From Acutalibacteraceae bacterium (GTDB taxonomy: Bacteria; Bacillota; Clostridia; Oscillospirales; Ruminococcaceae), in contig CAVFVI010000002.1 of assembly GCA_963626055.1 (NCBI GenBank), positions 67,225 to 131,224 on the forward strand: a stretch of DNA of 64,000 nucleotides, read 5' to 3'. The first letter of the stretch is position 1. Each line of letters starts with the position of its first letter. Below the pieces are notes generated by a model. It was given only the letters and a program-made list of their open reading frames with translations, did not search any database and was not told where the DNA came from. Positions 55,899 to 64,000 of the stretch are shown here, piece by piece. The translations under genes and the position numbers were made by a program.

Positions 55899-56552
55899 TC
55901 AGGCAGGGGTTCGGCCGGAGCTGTCCGCCGTGCCGTATATTTCACTGTACTGCGCGTATGCGTCCGTTACTTTTTGCACATAGCGGCGCATTTGCGGGTA
56001 CGGGAAAGCATCCAGTACCTTGCCATCCTGCGAATACTGACTGTCCGCCAGCAGGGTATCCACGGTGCCAAGCCCGCTGTGGTAGGCGGCTGCGGCGGTG
56101 GCCAGGTCGTCGTCATACCGCTGCAGACAGTAGCTGATAAAATAGCTGCCAAAGCGGATATTGACTTCCGGGTCATAGAGATCATCGAATGTCAATGCTT
56201 CGTCCGGCGCGATCTTGGTTTTGATCCAGTCGAACGTTATCTCGGTGATCTGCATCAGCCCGCGCGCGCCAACGTTGGATTCCGCCTGCGGGTTAAAGTT
56301 GCTTTCGGTGCGGATAATGGAATACAGGATGTAAGGGTCAATTTGGTATTTGTCTGCGTAATAGGTCACATACTCGTCATATTTGCGGGGGTATGCGGTG
56401 TTCATTACGGTATCGCTGCCGCGGTTCAGCAAGGTAATGGCCGCCAGCAGCAGGGCCAGCAGCACCATGCACACCCGCAAAATGACCATTTGCGGCGGGG
56501 ATGGTGCCAGCACAGAGCGTTTGCGTTTATTTTTCGTCTGACGTTTCGCCAT
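55899..56552 (-). CDS. lytic transglycosylase (SLT domain) protein, membrane anchored
   Basis: ESNFNPQAES..GARGLMQIT..T motif. ATG at 56552 follows AAGGAGG. Confidence 0.7.
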   Translation of the reverse strand: MAKRQTKNKRKRSVLAPSPPQMVILRVCMVLLALLLAAITLLNRGSDTVMNTAYPRKYDEYVTYYADKYQIDPYILYSIIRTESNFNPQAESNVGARGLMQITEITFDWIKTKIAPDEALTFDDLYDPEVNIRFGSYFISYCLQRYDDDLATAAAAYHSGLGTVDTLLADSQYSQDGKVLDAFPYPQMRRYVQKVTDAYAQYSEIYGTADSSGRTPA

Positions 56553-57150
56553 AAGCCTCCTTCCGCAGAGCATCCAACAGCGCATTGCAGCGCTGATGCA
56601 TCTGCTGCAAAGTTCCATCGTTTTCAATCACGAAGTCCGCGGCGGCACGTAAGGCATCTTCGGGCAGCTGGGCATCCAGGCGGCGGCGCGCCATTTCCGG
56701 CGCAATGCCATCCCGCGCACAGATACGCTGCACGCTGGTTTCATACGGTGCGGCAACCGAAACGAGATGGCTGCACCGCTTTTGGAACGGGGTACCCACG
56801 ATCACCGCGCCATCCACAAAGAAGAGCTTCTCCCCCGCCTGCCGGGCTTCCGCCATGGCAAGATCCAGCCGGTGGTAAATTTCCGGTTGGGTGATGGCCG
56901 TCAGCCGGGCGGTGCCCTGCGGCGTGGCAAAGGCACGGTCCGCCAACAGGCGGCGGCGTACCTGGCCGGATGGTTCCACAATATCGGCACCAAATTCCTG
57001 CTGGAGCAGCGCAATGCAGGGCGAACCCGGCAGCAGAACTTCCCGTGCCACCTGGTCAGCATCCACACAGCGGAACCCCGCGGCGCGGATGCTGTCTGTC
57101 AGGGTGGATTTTCCGCAGCCGGAACGCCCGGTAATGCCAATGATCTGCAT
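56527..57150 (-). CDS. coaE: dephospho-CoA kinase
   Basis: IIGITGRSGCGKST P-loop. About 207 aa. Confidence 0.8.
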   Translation of the reverse strand: MQIIGITGRSGCGKSTLTDSIRAAGFRCVDADQVAREVLLPGSPCIALLQQEFGADIVEPSGQVRRRLLADRAFATPQGTARLTAITQPEIYHRLDLAMAEARQAGEKLFFVDGAVIVGTPFQKRCSHLVSVAAPYETSVQRICARDGIAPEMARRRLDAQLPEDALRAAADFVIENDGTLQQMHQRCNALLDALRKEAYGETSDEK

Positions 57151-57151
57151 A

Positions 57152-58171
57152 TCAGACCTCCACCACGCGGAACGCCGCGGCACGGATCAGGCGGTTGTAC
57201 ACGGCCATAGAAACGCCATCGCTGAGCGGGCAGCGGGCATACACGGTTTTGGCGCCCTTGCGGTCCAGTTCCCGCAGCACGGTGAACAGGTTGTGCGCCT
57301 CGCTGATGCCGTCCCCCTCTTTGCCGTAAGAGAGGGCCGGAACGGGGAGCTGGGCTTCTTCGCCGTCAAAGCAGAGCGCCCAGACGCCATCCTCGGCGTG
57401 GGCAGCGATATAATCGCGGTAGGCATCAAAGCTGCCTTTCAGGATGGTTACATCCGCCTTGGGGGCGTAATGTTTATACTTCATTCCGGGGGAACGCGCC
57501 ACTTCGCCGTCTTTCAGCTTTTCCAGAATGGCGTGGTTGACAAGAACTTCCTCCCCCAGAACGGCTTCCATCTGTTCTTTTGTCACATAGCCGGGGCGCA
57601 GGATCATCGGGTGCTCCCCCGTCACAGCCACAACGGTGGATTCCACGCCGACTGCGCTTTCACCGCCGTCCAGAATCAGCGGCAGGCGGCCGTTCATATC
57701 CACAAAGGTATCCGGCGCGTTGGTGGGGCTGGGCTTGCCGGAAAGGTTGGCGGACGGGGCAGCAAATGCCACGCCGCTGGCCTTGATGACTGCCTGCACC
57801 ACCGGGTGGGACGGCATGCGCACGCCGACGGTATCCAGCCCGGCACAGGTCACTTCGGACACTTCCGGCCCGCGGGGCATGACCATGGTGAGCGGACCGG
57901 GCCAGAAAGCGGCGGCCAGCTTTTTGGCACGCTCCGGCACTTCCGACACAATGCCGTGCAGCATTTCCATGCCGCAGATGTGCACAATGAGCGGGTTATC
58001 CTGCGGGCGGCCCTTGGCTTCAAAAATCTTTTTGACTGCCTCACCGTTGCGGGCATCGGCGGCAATGCCGTACACCGTTTCGGTCGGCAGAGCCACCAGC
58101 TCGCCCTGCTGCAGCAGTTTGGCAGCAAGGGCGATGCTTTCTTCATTAACAGGCAAAACCTGAGTATTCAT
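57152..58171 (-). CDS. L-threonylcarbamoyladenylate synthase (Sua5/YwlC type)
   Basis: VALPTETVYGIAADA and SANLSGKPS motifs, plus a C-terminal Sua5 domain. Confidence 0.8.
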   Translation of the reverse strand: MNTQVLPVNEESIALAAKLLQQGELVALPTETVYGIAADARNGEAVKKIFEAKGRPQDNPLIVHICGMEMLHGIVSEVPERAKKLAAAFWPGPLTMVMPRGPEVSEVTCAGLDTVGVRMPSHPVVQAVIKASGVAFAAPSANLSGKPSPTNAPDTFVDMNGRLPLILDGGESAVGVESTVVAVTGEHPMILRPGYVTKEQMEAVLGEEVLVNHAILEKLKDGEVARSPGMKYKHYAPKADVTILKGSFDAYRDYIAAHAEDGVWALCFDGEEAQLPVPALSYGKEGDGISEAHNLFTVLRELDRKGAKTVYARCPLSDGVSMAVYNRLIRAAAFRVVEV

Positions 58172-58220
58172 AGATCTTGATTCCTTCTTCAAATATATGG
58201 GTTACTGGATTAGGTATGGG

Positions 58221-59297
58221 TTACTGAATTTGGTTGTTTTTTAGCTTTTCTTCCTGGTCGGCCAGGATCAGCGGCTCAATGACCCGGTCAAGGTTGCCGT
58301 CCAGTATATCCTGTAAATTGCGCAGTGTCAAGCCAATGCGGTGGTCGGTCACGCGGTCCTGCGGGAAGTTATAGGTGCGGATCTTCTCGCTGCGGTCGCC
58401 GCTGCCCACCTGGCTTTGGCGTTTGGCGTTGTATTCCTGGTCGTATGCTTCCTGCTTTTGCTGCAGCAGGCGGCTGCGCAGAACTTTTAATGCCTGCTCT
58501 TTGTTTTCGCGCTGGCTGCGCTGGTCCTGGCATTCCACCACCATGCCGGTGGGCAGGTGGGTCACCCGGATGGCGGACGAGGTTTTGTTGATGTGCTGAC
58601 CGCCTGCACCGGAGGAACGGAAGGTATCAATACGCAGGTCCTTGGGGTCCAGTTCAAACTCCACTTCCTCGGCTTCCGGCATCACGGCAACGGTGGCGGT
58701 GGAAGTGTGGATGCGGCCCTGGGTCTCAGTTTCCGGCACGCGCTGCACGCGGTGAACGCCGCTTTCAAATTTTAAGCGGCTGTAAACGCCGGAGCCCTCG
58801 ATGGAAAAGGTGATCTCTTTCACGCCGCCCAGCTCGGTTTCGTTCAGGCTGATAACGGAACATGCCCAGTTCTGGCGCGCGGCATACATGGTATACATGC
58901 GGTGCAGGCTGTGGGCAAACAGGGCGGCTTCCTCGCCGCCGGCACCTGCGCGGATCTCCATGATGATGCTTTTTTCATCGTTGGCATCCTTGGGCAAAAG
59001 CAGCAGGCGGATTTTTTGTTCCAGGTCTTCCAGCTTTTGCCAGTTTTCGCGCAATTCCTGCTGTACCATATCGTTAAAGGCAGCATCCTCCGTGGGGGCA
59101 TCCAGCAGCGCCTTTTCTTCGTCCACTTCTTTTTGCAGGGCGGTATAGCTGCGGTATGCTTCCACCAGGGGGGTCAGTTCTTTATAATCCCGCATCATGG
59201 CTGCATAAGCCGCGGGGTCATTCATTGCTTCGGGGGTGGTCATGCGGTAGGCAAGCTCTTCATAGCGGCGCTCTACCTGGCTTAAATCGTCAAACAT
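58221..59297 (-). CDS. prfA: peptide chain release factor 1
   Basis: PxT-type recognition region and SGAGGQHINKT (GGQ). Confidence 0.95.
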   Translation of the reverse strand: MFDDLSQVERRYEELAYRMTTPEAMNDPAAYAAMMRDYKELTPLVEAYRSYTALQKEVDEEKALLDAPTEDAAFNDMVQQELRENWQKLEDLEQKIRLLLLPKDANDEKSIIMEIRAGAGGEEAALFAHSLHRMYTMYAARQNWACSVISLNETELGGVKEITFSIEGSGVYSRLKFESGVHRVQRVPETETQGRIHTSTATVAVMPEAEEVEFELDPKDLRIDTFRSSGAGGQHINKTSSAIRVTHLPTGMVVECQDQRSQRENKEQALKVLRSRLLQQKQEAYDQEYNAKRQSQVGSGDRSEKIRTYNFPQDRVTDHRIGLTLRNLQDILDGNLDRVIEPLILADQEEKLKNNQIQ

Positions 59298-59360
59298 AGG
59301 GGCAAATCTCCTTACATGATGGGCACAGAATAGTGCCGGATGGCGAAAGAGGATTTGCCG

Positions 59361-59549
59361 CTACTCTTCCCCGCTGCGCAGGATTTTTTTGATATTCTTT
59401 TCAATTTTCACGCGCGGCAGCATAATTTCATGGCCGCATTTCTGGCAGCGGATCTTAAAATCCATGCCCACGCGCAGTACGTCAAACCGGTTGGCCCCAC
59501 AGGGGTGCGGCTTTTTGGTTATGATCACATCACCAACCTGAACGTCCAT
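59361..59549 (-). CDS. DUF951 family small protein
   Basis: MDVQVGDVIITKKPHPCGANRFDVLRVGMDFKIRCQKCGH... Trimmed to the ATG at 59549. Confidence 0.55.
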   Translation of the reverse strand: MDVQVGDVIITKKPHPCGANRFDVLRVGMDFKIRCQKCGHEIMLPRVKIEKNIKKILRSGEE

Positions 59550-59771
59550 TGTTCCACCGCCTTTCTCAAATCTGGTCCACAGGCTGCGCCCGCGGAAAGA
59601 TGCGATATAGATATTATTATATACCATCCCGGCAGTTTTGAAAATAGCCCCGCCGGGAAAAGCCGGCCCCGTCAAAAGAATCTTTTGTAAACTTTTGGCA
59701 GCTGGGGCCGGGCAGGTTCGCTGTTCTTTTATTTTCTATTTTATTTATATATTAAGAAAAGAGGAAAACAA

Positions 59772-60680
59772 ATGCTTGAATACCGTGCTGAAGGACTTTG
59801 CCGCAACGCTTCCCACCTGCGGCGGGAAGAACTGGACCATTGCATTGCCACCGGGGAGGTGCTGCAGAGCACAGCCCTTGCCTTTGATACCAACCGCCGC
59901 CTGCGCTTTGAGCTGTGCGGGCACCATGCGTTTATGCCGTTTGAAGAATGCCTGGACACTGCGCCCGGTGAAACGGTCAAAGAGATCGCCGTGCTGACCC
60001 GTGTGGGGCGGTCGACCTGCTTTGTGATCCAGGGCACAGTGCAGGACGAAAACGGCGAGGTCGTTTATCTGCTTTCCCGCGCGGCGGCGCAGCGGGCCTG
60101 CCGGGAGCAGTATCTCGACCAGCTGGAAAACGGCAGTGTGATTCCCTGCACGGTAACGCACATTGAAAACTTTGGTGCGTTTTGCGATGTCGGGTGCGGC
60201 ATCTCGGCTCTGCTGCCCATCGACTGCCTTTCGGTTTCGCGGATTGCTTCCCCGGCAGACCGTGTGATGGTAGGCCAGCAGCTATTGTGCGCCATCAAGA
60301 ACCGAGATGAGCAGGACCGCATTGTGCTGACTCTGCGGGAGCTGCTGGGTACCTGGAGTGAAAACGCCGCCTGTTTTGCCGCTGGGGAGACCGTGGTGGG
60401 CATTGTGCGCAGTGTGGAGAATTACGGCGTGTTCATCGAGATTGCCCCCAATCTGGCCGGGCTGGCGGAGCCGGATACCGCGCTGCGCCCCGGCCAGACG
60501 GTAAGCGTGTACATTAAAAGCATTCTGCCGGATAAAATGAAGATCAAACTGGTGGTGGTGAACAAGAACCTGAACCAGAAGATGCGGTTTGAGCCGCACT
60601 ATTTTGTGACCCGCGGTCGGCTGGACCGGTGGATCTACTCCACTCCGCAAAGCCGCAAGCAGATCGAAACTGTGTTTTGA
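59772..60680 (+). CDS. S1 RNA-binding domain protein
   Basis: Two S1-like OB repeats (G.V..C.VTHIENFGAFCDV and GETVVGIVRSVENYGVFIEI). Confidence 0.6.
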   Translation: MLEYRAEGLCRNASHLRREELDHCIATGEVLQSTALAFDTNRRLRFELCGHHAFMPFEECLDTAPGETVKEIAVLTRVGRSTCFVIQGTVQDENGEVVYLLSRAAAQRACREQYLDQLENGSVIPCTVTHIENFGAFCDVGCGISALLPIDCLSVSRIASPADRVMVGQQLLCAIKNRDEQDRIVLTLRELLGTWSENAACFAAGETVVGIVRSVENYGVFIEIAPNLAGLAEPDTALRPGQTVSVYIKSILPDKMKIKLVVVNKNLNQKMRFEPHYFVTRGRLDRWIYSTPQSRKQIETVF

Positions 60681-60801
60681 ACCTGGCATAAGCGGGCCGG
60701 AATTTTGCGCTTGTAAGTTTTTTGAAACTCCTGTATAATAATTACAAAGTAATGTTTGGGGATGCGGTGCTGCCTGCATCCCCTGTTCAGGAAGTGAGAC
60801 C

Positions 60802-61380
60802 ATGGCAGAAGCATTTACCGCCGGTGTAAAGATGGGCGGGTTGACCAATGATACCGAGATCCGTATTTTGCTGTGCTACCTGATTAAAAGTGTAGGGCCT
60901 GTGACCCGTGAAGCCATGGAGGCTGCGCTTTTGCAGGAAGAGCTGGTCAATTATTTTGAATTTGTTGGCGCGCTGAATGACCTTGTAACCCAGGGGCTGG
61001 CCATTGAGGGCACAAACGGGTACACCATTACCGAAAAAGGCGCAACAGTGGCCCAGACGCTCTCCGAAGATCTGCCCCGCAGCGTGCGGGAAAGCGCCAT
61101 TCTGGCGGTTATCCGCATCCAGAGCTGGGTACACAAGGCGGCCCAGAACCACGCCGACATTGAAAAAGACGGCGACCGCTACCGTGTGACCTGCACCATT
61201 CAGGATAAAAACCAGCAGCATGGCGCGTTCACCCTGCAGGTGACGATGCCGGACGCGATGACCGCCGAACAGGTGCGTGACCATTTTGTGGCCTGCGGGA
61301 GCGAGATCTATAACAAAGTGCTGAACCTGTTGACCCAGCCGCTGAGCGATGAACAGCGTCCGCCGGAGGGGGTACGGTAA
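60802..61380 (+). CDS. DUF4364 family protein
   Basis: LTNDTEIRILLCYLIKSVGPVTREAM...LVNYFEF motif. Confidence 0.55.
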   Translation: MAEAFTAGVKMGGLTNDTEIRILLCYLIKSVGPVTREAMEAALLQEELVNYFEFVGALNDLVTQGLAIEGTNGYTITEKGATVAQTLSEDLPRSVRESAILAVIRIQSWVHKAAQNHADIEKDGDRYRVTCTIQDKNQQHGAFTLQVTMPDAMTAEQVRDHFVACGSEIYNKVLNLLTQPLSDEQRPPEGVR

Positions 61381-61477
61381 AGTTGTGCGACAGCACTTCC
61401 CTGCCGCGTACTGCCAGCAGAACGGATAGCAAAGTTACCATCTTATCATCATTGCATTAAATCAGATAAATAAAACA

Positions 61478-61522
61478 CAGCCCCGGCTTTTGCCTGATTG
61501 CTTTCAGGTTGAGCCGGGGCTG
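61478..61522. terminator. bidirectional terminator between the DUF4364 gene and livF
   Basis: CAGCCCCGGCT/AGCCGGGGCTG outer stem with an inner CCTGA/TCAGG stem. T-rich flanks on both strands. Confidence 0.7.
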
Positions 61523-61567
61523 ATGTGTTAGTTTTTGTTCATTGCAGGGGCGTATCTTAAGCTGTGA

Positions 61568-62287
61568 TTATTCGCAGCCAAGGTAAGCCTTACGCACTTC
61601 AATGTTATTGGCAAGCTCAGTGGCTTCGCCCTCCATCTTGATGGTACCAGTTTCCAGAACATAGGCGCGGTTGGCAATATCCAGTGCCATCTTTGCGTTC
61701 TGCTCCACCAGCAGCACGGTAACGCCGTTGCGGTTGATATCGCGGATGATCTTGAAGATTTCCTTGACCAACAGCGGAGAAAGACCCATGGAGGGTTCGT
61801 CCAGCAGCAGGATCTTGGGCTTGCACATCAACGCGCGGCCAACGGCCAGCATCTGCTGTTCACCGCCGGAAAGGGTCCCGGCGGGCTGGTTGCGGCGCTC
61901 TTTCAGGCGGGGCAGCAGGTCAAACACCATGTCGTAATCGCTCTGGATGGCATCCTTGCCATCGTGGCGGGTATAAGCGCCCATGGAAAGGTTCTGCTGC
62001 ACAGTCAGGCCGCTGAATACACGGCGGCCCTCCGGCACCTGGGCCAGGCCAAGGCGGACGATCTTGTGGGCTTCCATCTTGCTGATCAGGTTGCCGTCAT
62101 AGGTGATTTCGCCGCTGGCCAGCTTGAGCAGGCCGGAAATGGCGTGCATGGTGGTGGTTTTGCCGGCGCCGTTTGCACCGATCAGGGTAACGATCTCGCC
62201 CTCATCTACATGGAACGAAACGTCCTTGATGGCGTGGATGGAACCGTAATAAACATTGATATTTTTAACCGAAAGCAGCTCACCCAT
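61568..62287 (-). CDS. livF: branched-chain amino acid ABC transporter ATP-binding protein LivF
   Basis: GANGAGKTT, LSGGEQQML, LLLDEPSMGLSP. Confidence 0.85.
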   Translation of the reverse strand: MGELLSVKNINVYYGSIHAIKDVSFHVDEGEIVTLIGANGAGKTTTMHAISGLLKLASGEITYDGNLISKMEAHKIVRLGLAQVPEGRRVFSGLTVQQNLSMGAYTRHDGKDAIQSDYDMVFDLLPRLKERRNQPAGTLSGGEQQMLAVGRALMCKPKILLLDEPSMGLSPLLVKEIFKIIRDINRNGVTVLLVEQNAKMALDIANRAYVLETGTIKMEGEATELANNIEVRKAYLGCE

Positions 62288-63051
62288 TAGTCGTCACCTC
62301 CCAGATAGGCCGCAATGACCTTGGGGTTATTGCGGATGGCTTTACCGTCACCGCGGGCAATCACACGGCCATAGTCCAGCACGGTGATCTCCTCGCAGAT
62401 ACCCATAACGAAGTTCATATCATGCTCAATGAGCAGGATGGCAACGCCGAACTGGTCGCGCACGCTGTGGATGGTGTTCATCAGCTCTTCGGTTTCGTTG
62501 GGGTTCATGCCGGCTGCGGGTTCGTCCAGCAGCAGCAGTTTGGGGTTGGTGGCCAGCGCGCGGGCAATTTCCAGCTTGCGCTGTTTGCCGTAAGGCAGCT
62601 GGCTGGCTTTGTAGTTGGCCTCTGCATCCAGGTCAAAAATTTTCAGCAGCTTCATGGCGCGGCGGTCCATCTCGTGCTCTTTCTCGCGGAAGGCGGGCAG
62701 GCGCAGGATGCCGGTCCACATGCCATAGGTGACCTGGTTGTGCAGGCCGACTTTAACGTTATCCAGAACCGTCATATCGTCAAACAGGCGGATGTTCTGG
62801 AATGTACGGGCAATGCCCGCCTTGCTGATGGTTTCCGGGGTAGCGCCGGTGATATCGTTGCCATCCAGCACAATGTTGCCCTCGGTGGGTTTATACACAC
62901 CGGTCAGCATATTGAACACGGTGGTTTTGCCCGCGCCGTTGGGGCCGATCAGGCCATACAGGTGGCCTTTTTCGATTTTAAGGTCCAGCTGCGAAACGGC
63001 TTGCAGGCCGCCGAACGCAATGCCGAGGTTACTGACTTCCAGCAGTGCCAT
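62287..63051 (-). CDS. livG: branched-chain amino acid ABC transporter ATP-binding protein LivG
   Basis: GPNGAGKTT, LPYGKQRKLEIARAL, LLLDEPAAGMNP. Confidence 0.85.
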   Translation of the reverse strand: MALLEVSNLGIAFGGLQAVSQLDLKIEKGHLYGLIGPNGAGKTTVFNMLTGVYKPTEGNIVLDGNDITGATPETISKAGIARTFQNIRLFDDMTVLDNVKVGLHNQVTYGMWTGILRLPAFREKEHEMDRRAMKLLKIFDLDAEANYKASQLPYGKQRKLEIARALATNPKLLLLDEPAAGMNPNETEELMNTIHSVRDQFGVAILLIEHDMNFVMGICEEITVLDYGRVIARGDGKAIRNNPKVIAAYLGGDD

Positions 63052-64000
63052 TTATGCCGCCTCCTTTTTGTCTTTATCTTTCAGGAATTTGTTCAGCTTC
63101 AAAATCGGGAACTTATCGGTGATTTTTTCAGCCAGATCTTTGCGCCATGCCACCAGCTTGGGGCTGCGGGTAAAGATCATCATGACGATCAGCACGATGG
63201 CATAAATCAGCATGCGGTAGTCGTTCAGGCCGCGCAGCATTTCGGGCAGAACGGTCAGAACAGCTGCTGCGATGACAGAGCCGCGGATGCTGCCGATGCC
63301 GCCCAGAACCACGAACACCAAGATGTTGATGGAGGTGTTGTAGTCAAACTTTTTGGCAACCAGAGAAGAATAGTTCAGGCTGTACAGCACGCCCGCCATA
63401 CCGGCGAACACGGAGGACAACACAAAAGCCATCAGCTTATAGCGGGTGATGTTGATACCGATGCTCTTGGCAGCGATCTCATTATCGCGGATGGCGGAGA
63501 TGGCGCGGCCTGCGCGGGAGCGGATCAGGTTGAGCACAACCACCAGCGTGATGAGCACCAGAACAATGCCCATGGTAAAGGTGGAAGCCTTTTTGATGCC
63601 GGTGATACCCATAGCGCCGTTGATCAGGATCTTGCCATCCTCGGCCATGTTCATCGAAGCAGCATCTTTCAGGGAGAAATGCAGGCCGCTGTCGTCCACA
63701 CCCAGGTAAACGGCGTTCATAATGTTTTTGATGATCTCGCCAAATGCCAGGGTAACGATGGCCAGATAGTCGCCGGACAGGCGCAGAACAGGAACGCCGA
63801 CGATGACGCCGAAGATGCCGGCCATAACGCCGCCCACAACAAAGGCTAAAATCAACGCCAGCCAGTGCGGGGCCACATCATACAGGCTGACCCATACCAG
63901 CGTGCCGGAAAACGCGCCGACACTCATAAAACCGGCATGGCCAAGGCTCAGCTCACCCAAAAAGCCGACAACGAGGTTCAGCGAAACAGCCATGACCACA
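63052..64000 (-). CDS. livM: branched-chain amino acid ABC transporter permease LivM (5' end beyond the window)
   Basis: Hydrophobic LivH/LivM-type permease sequence (GELSLGHAGFMSVGAF...). The reading frame is open to the window edge. Confidence 0.75.
   Translation of the reverse strand, partial: VVMAVSLNLVVGFLGELSLGHAGFMSVGAFSGTLVWVSLYDVAPHWLALILAFVVGGVMAGIFGVIVGVPVLRLSGDYLAIVTLAFGEIIKNIMNAVYLGVDDSGLHFSLKDAASMNMAEDGKILINGAMGITGIKKASTFTMGIVLVLITLVVVLNLIRSRAGRAISAIRDNEIAAKSIGINITRYKLMAFVLSSVFAGMAGVLYSLNYSSLVAKKFDYNTSINILVFVVLGGIGSIRGSVIAAAVLTVLPEMLRGLNDYRMLIYAIVLIVMMIFTRSPKLVAWRKDLAEKITDKFPILKLNKFLKDKDKKEAA

Noticed and set aside
58221-59297. Checked the release factor gene for a programmed +1 frameshift site.
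   Set aside because: The gene is prfA (RF1), a single uninterrupted 358-aa frame. The autoregulatory frameshift is a feature of prfB (RF2) only.

Overview
This 64-kb window comes from a GC-rich Firmicutes chromosome. It is most likely a Clostridia (Oscillospiraceae/Ruminococcaceae-like) organism; that is an inference from the spoIIGA-sigE, sigG and ylmC genes, the gene order and the composition. I count about 70 protein genes, roughly 80% on the minus strand, and one tRNA-Leu(CAG). I found no rRNA, CRISPR array, transposase, integrase, phage gene or recognisable defence or toxin-antitoxin gene.

Gene content from start to end:
- F-type ATP synthase operon (atpZ-like, atpI, B, E, F, H, and atpA truncated by the window edge)
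- an AraC regulator with a pair of ABC exporters
- tRNA-Leu, plsY, and a family-4 UDG followed by a nuclease-XPD helicase fusion
- an ArsC-family protein and an esterase, then cobO/cobC, reverse rubrerythrin
- a DUF4358 lipoprotein followed by an MBOAT-DHHW acyltransferase pair
- a bicupin, then a methyltransferase-MBL-ATC-hydrolase operon
- clpX, clpP, tig, thrC, yraN, rnhB, ylqF, lepB, rplS
- the TIGR03960/TIGR03936 radical SAM pair and an M23-M50 protease pair
- ppk1, comEA, ylmC, an AraC-EamA-DUF2000 operon, DUF1846
- sigG convergent with spoIIGA-sigE, then an orphan radical SAM enzyme
- M18 aminopeptidase, SLT, coaE, Sua5-type TsaC, prfA, livFGM

This is overwhelmingly core genome, and I do not see a clear multi-gene novel system. 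The best leads are:
1. an orphan radical SAM/SPASM-like enzyme preceded by a ~170-nt multi-hairpin leader that ends in a terminator-like hairpin
2. the DUF4358 / MBOAT / DHHW surface-acylation cassette
3. a consensus-promoter methyltransferase-MBL-ATC-hydrolase operon with a structured leader
4. a rearranged sporulation sigma-factor locus, in which spoIIGA appears to lack a canonical start codon
5. several candidate attenuators or small RNAs in intergenic gaps

All family assignments come from reading motifs by eye. No database search was run.
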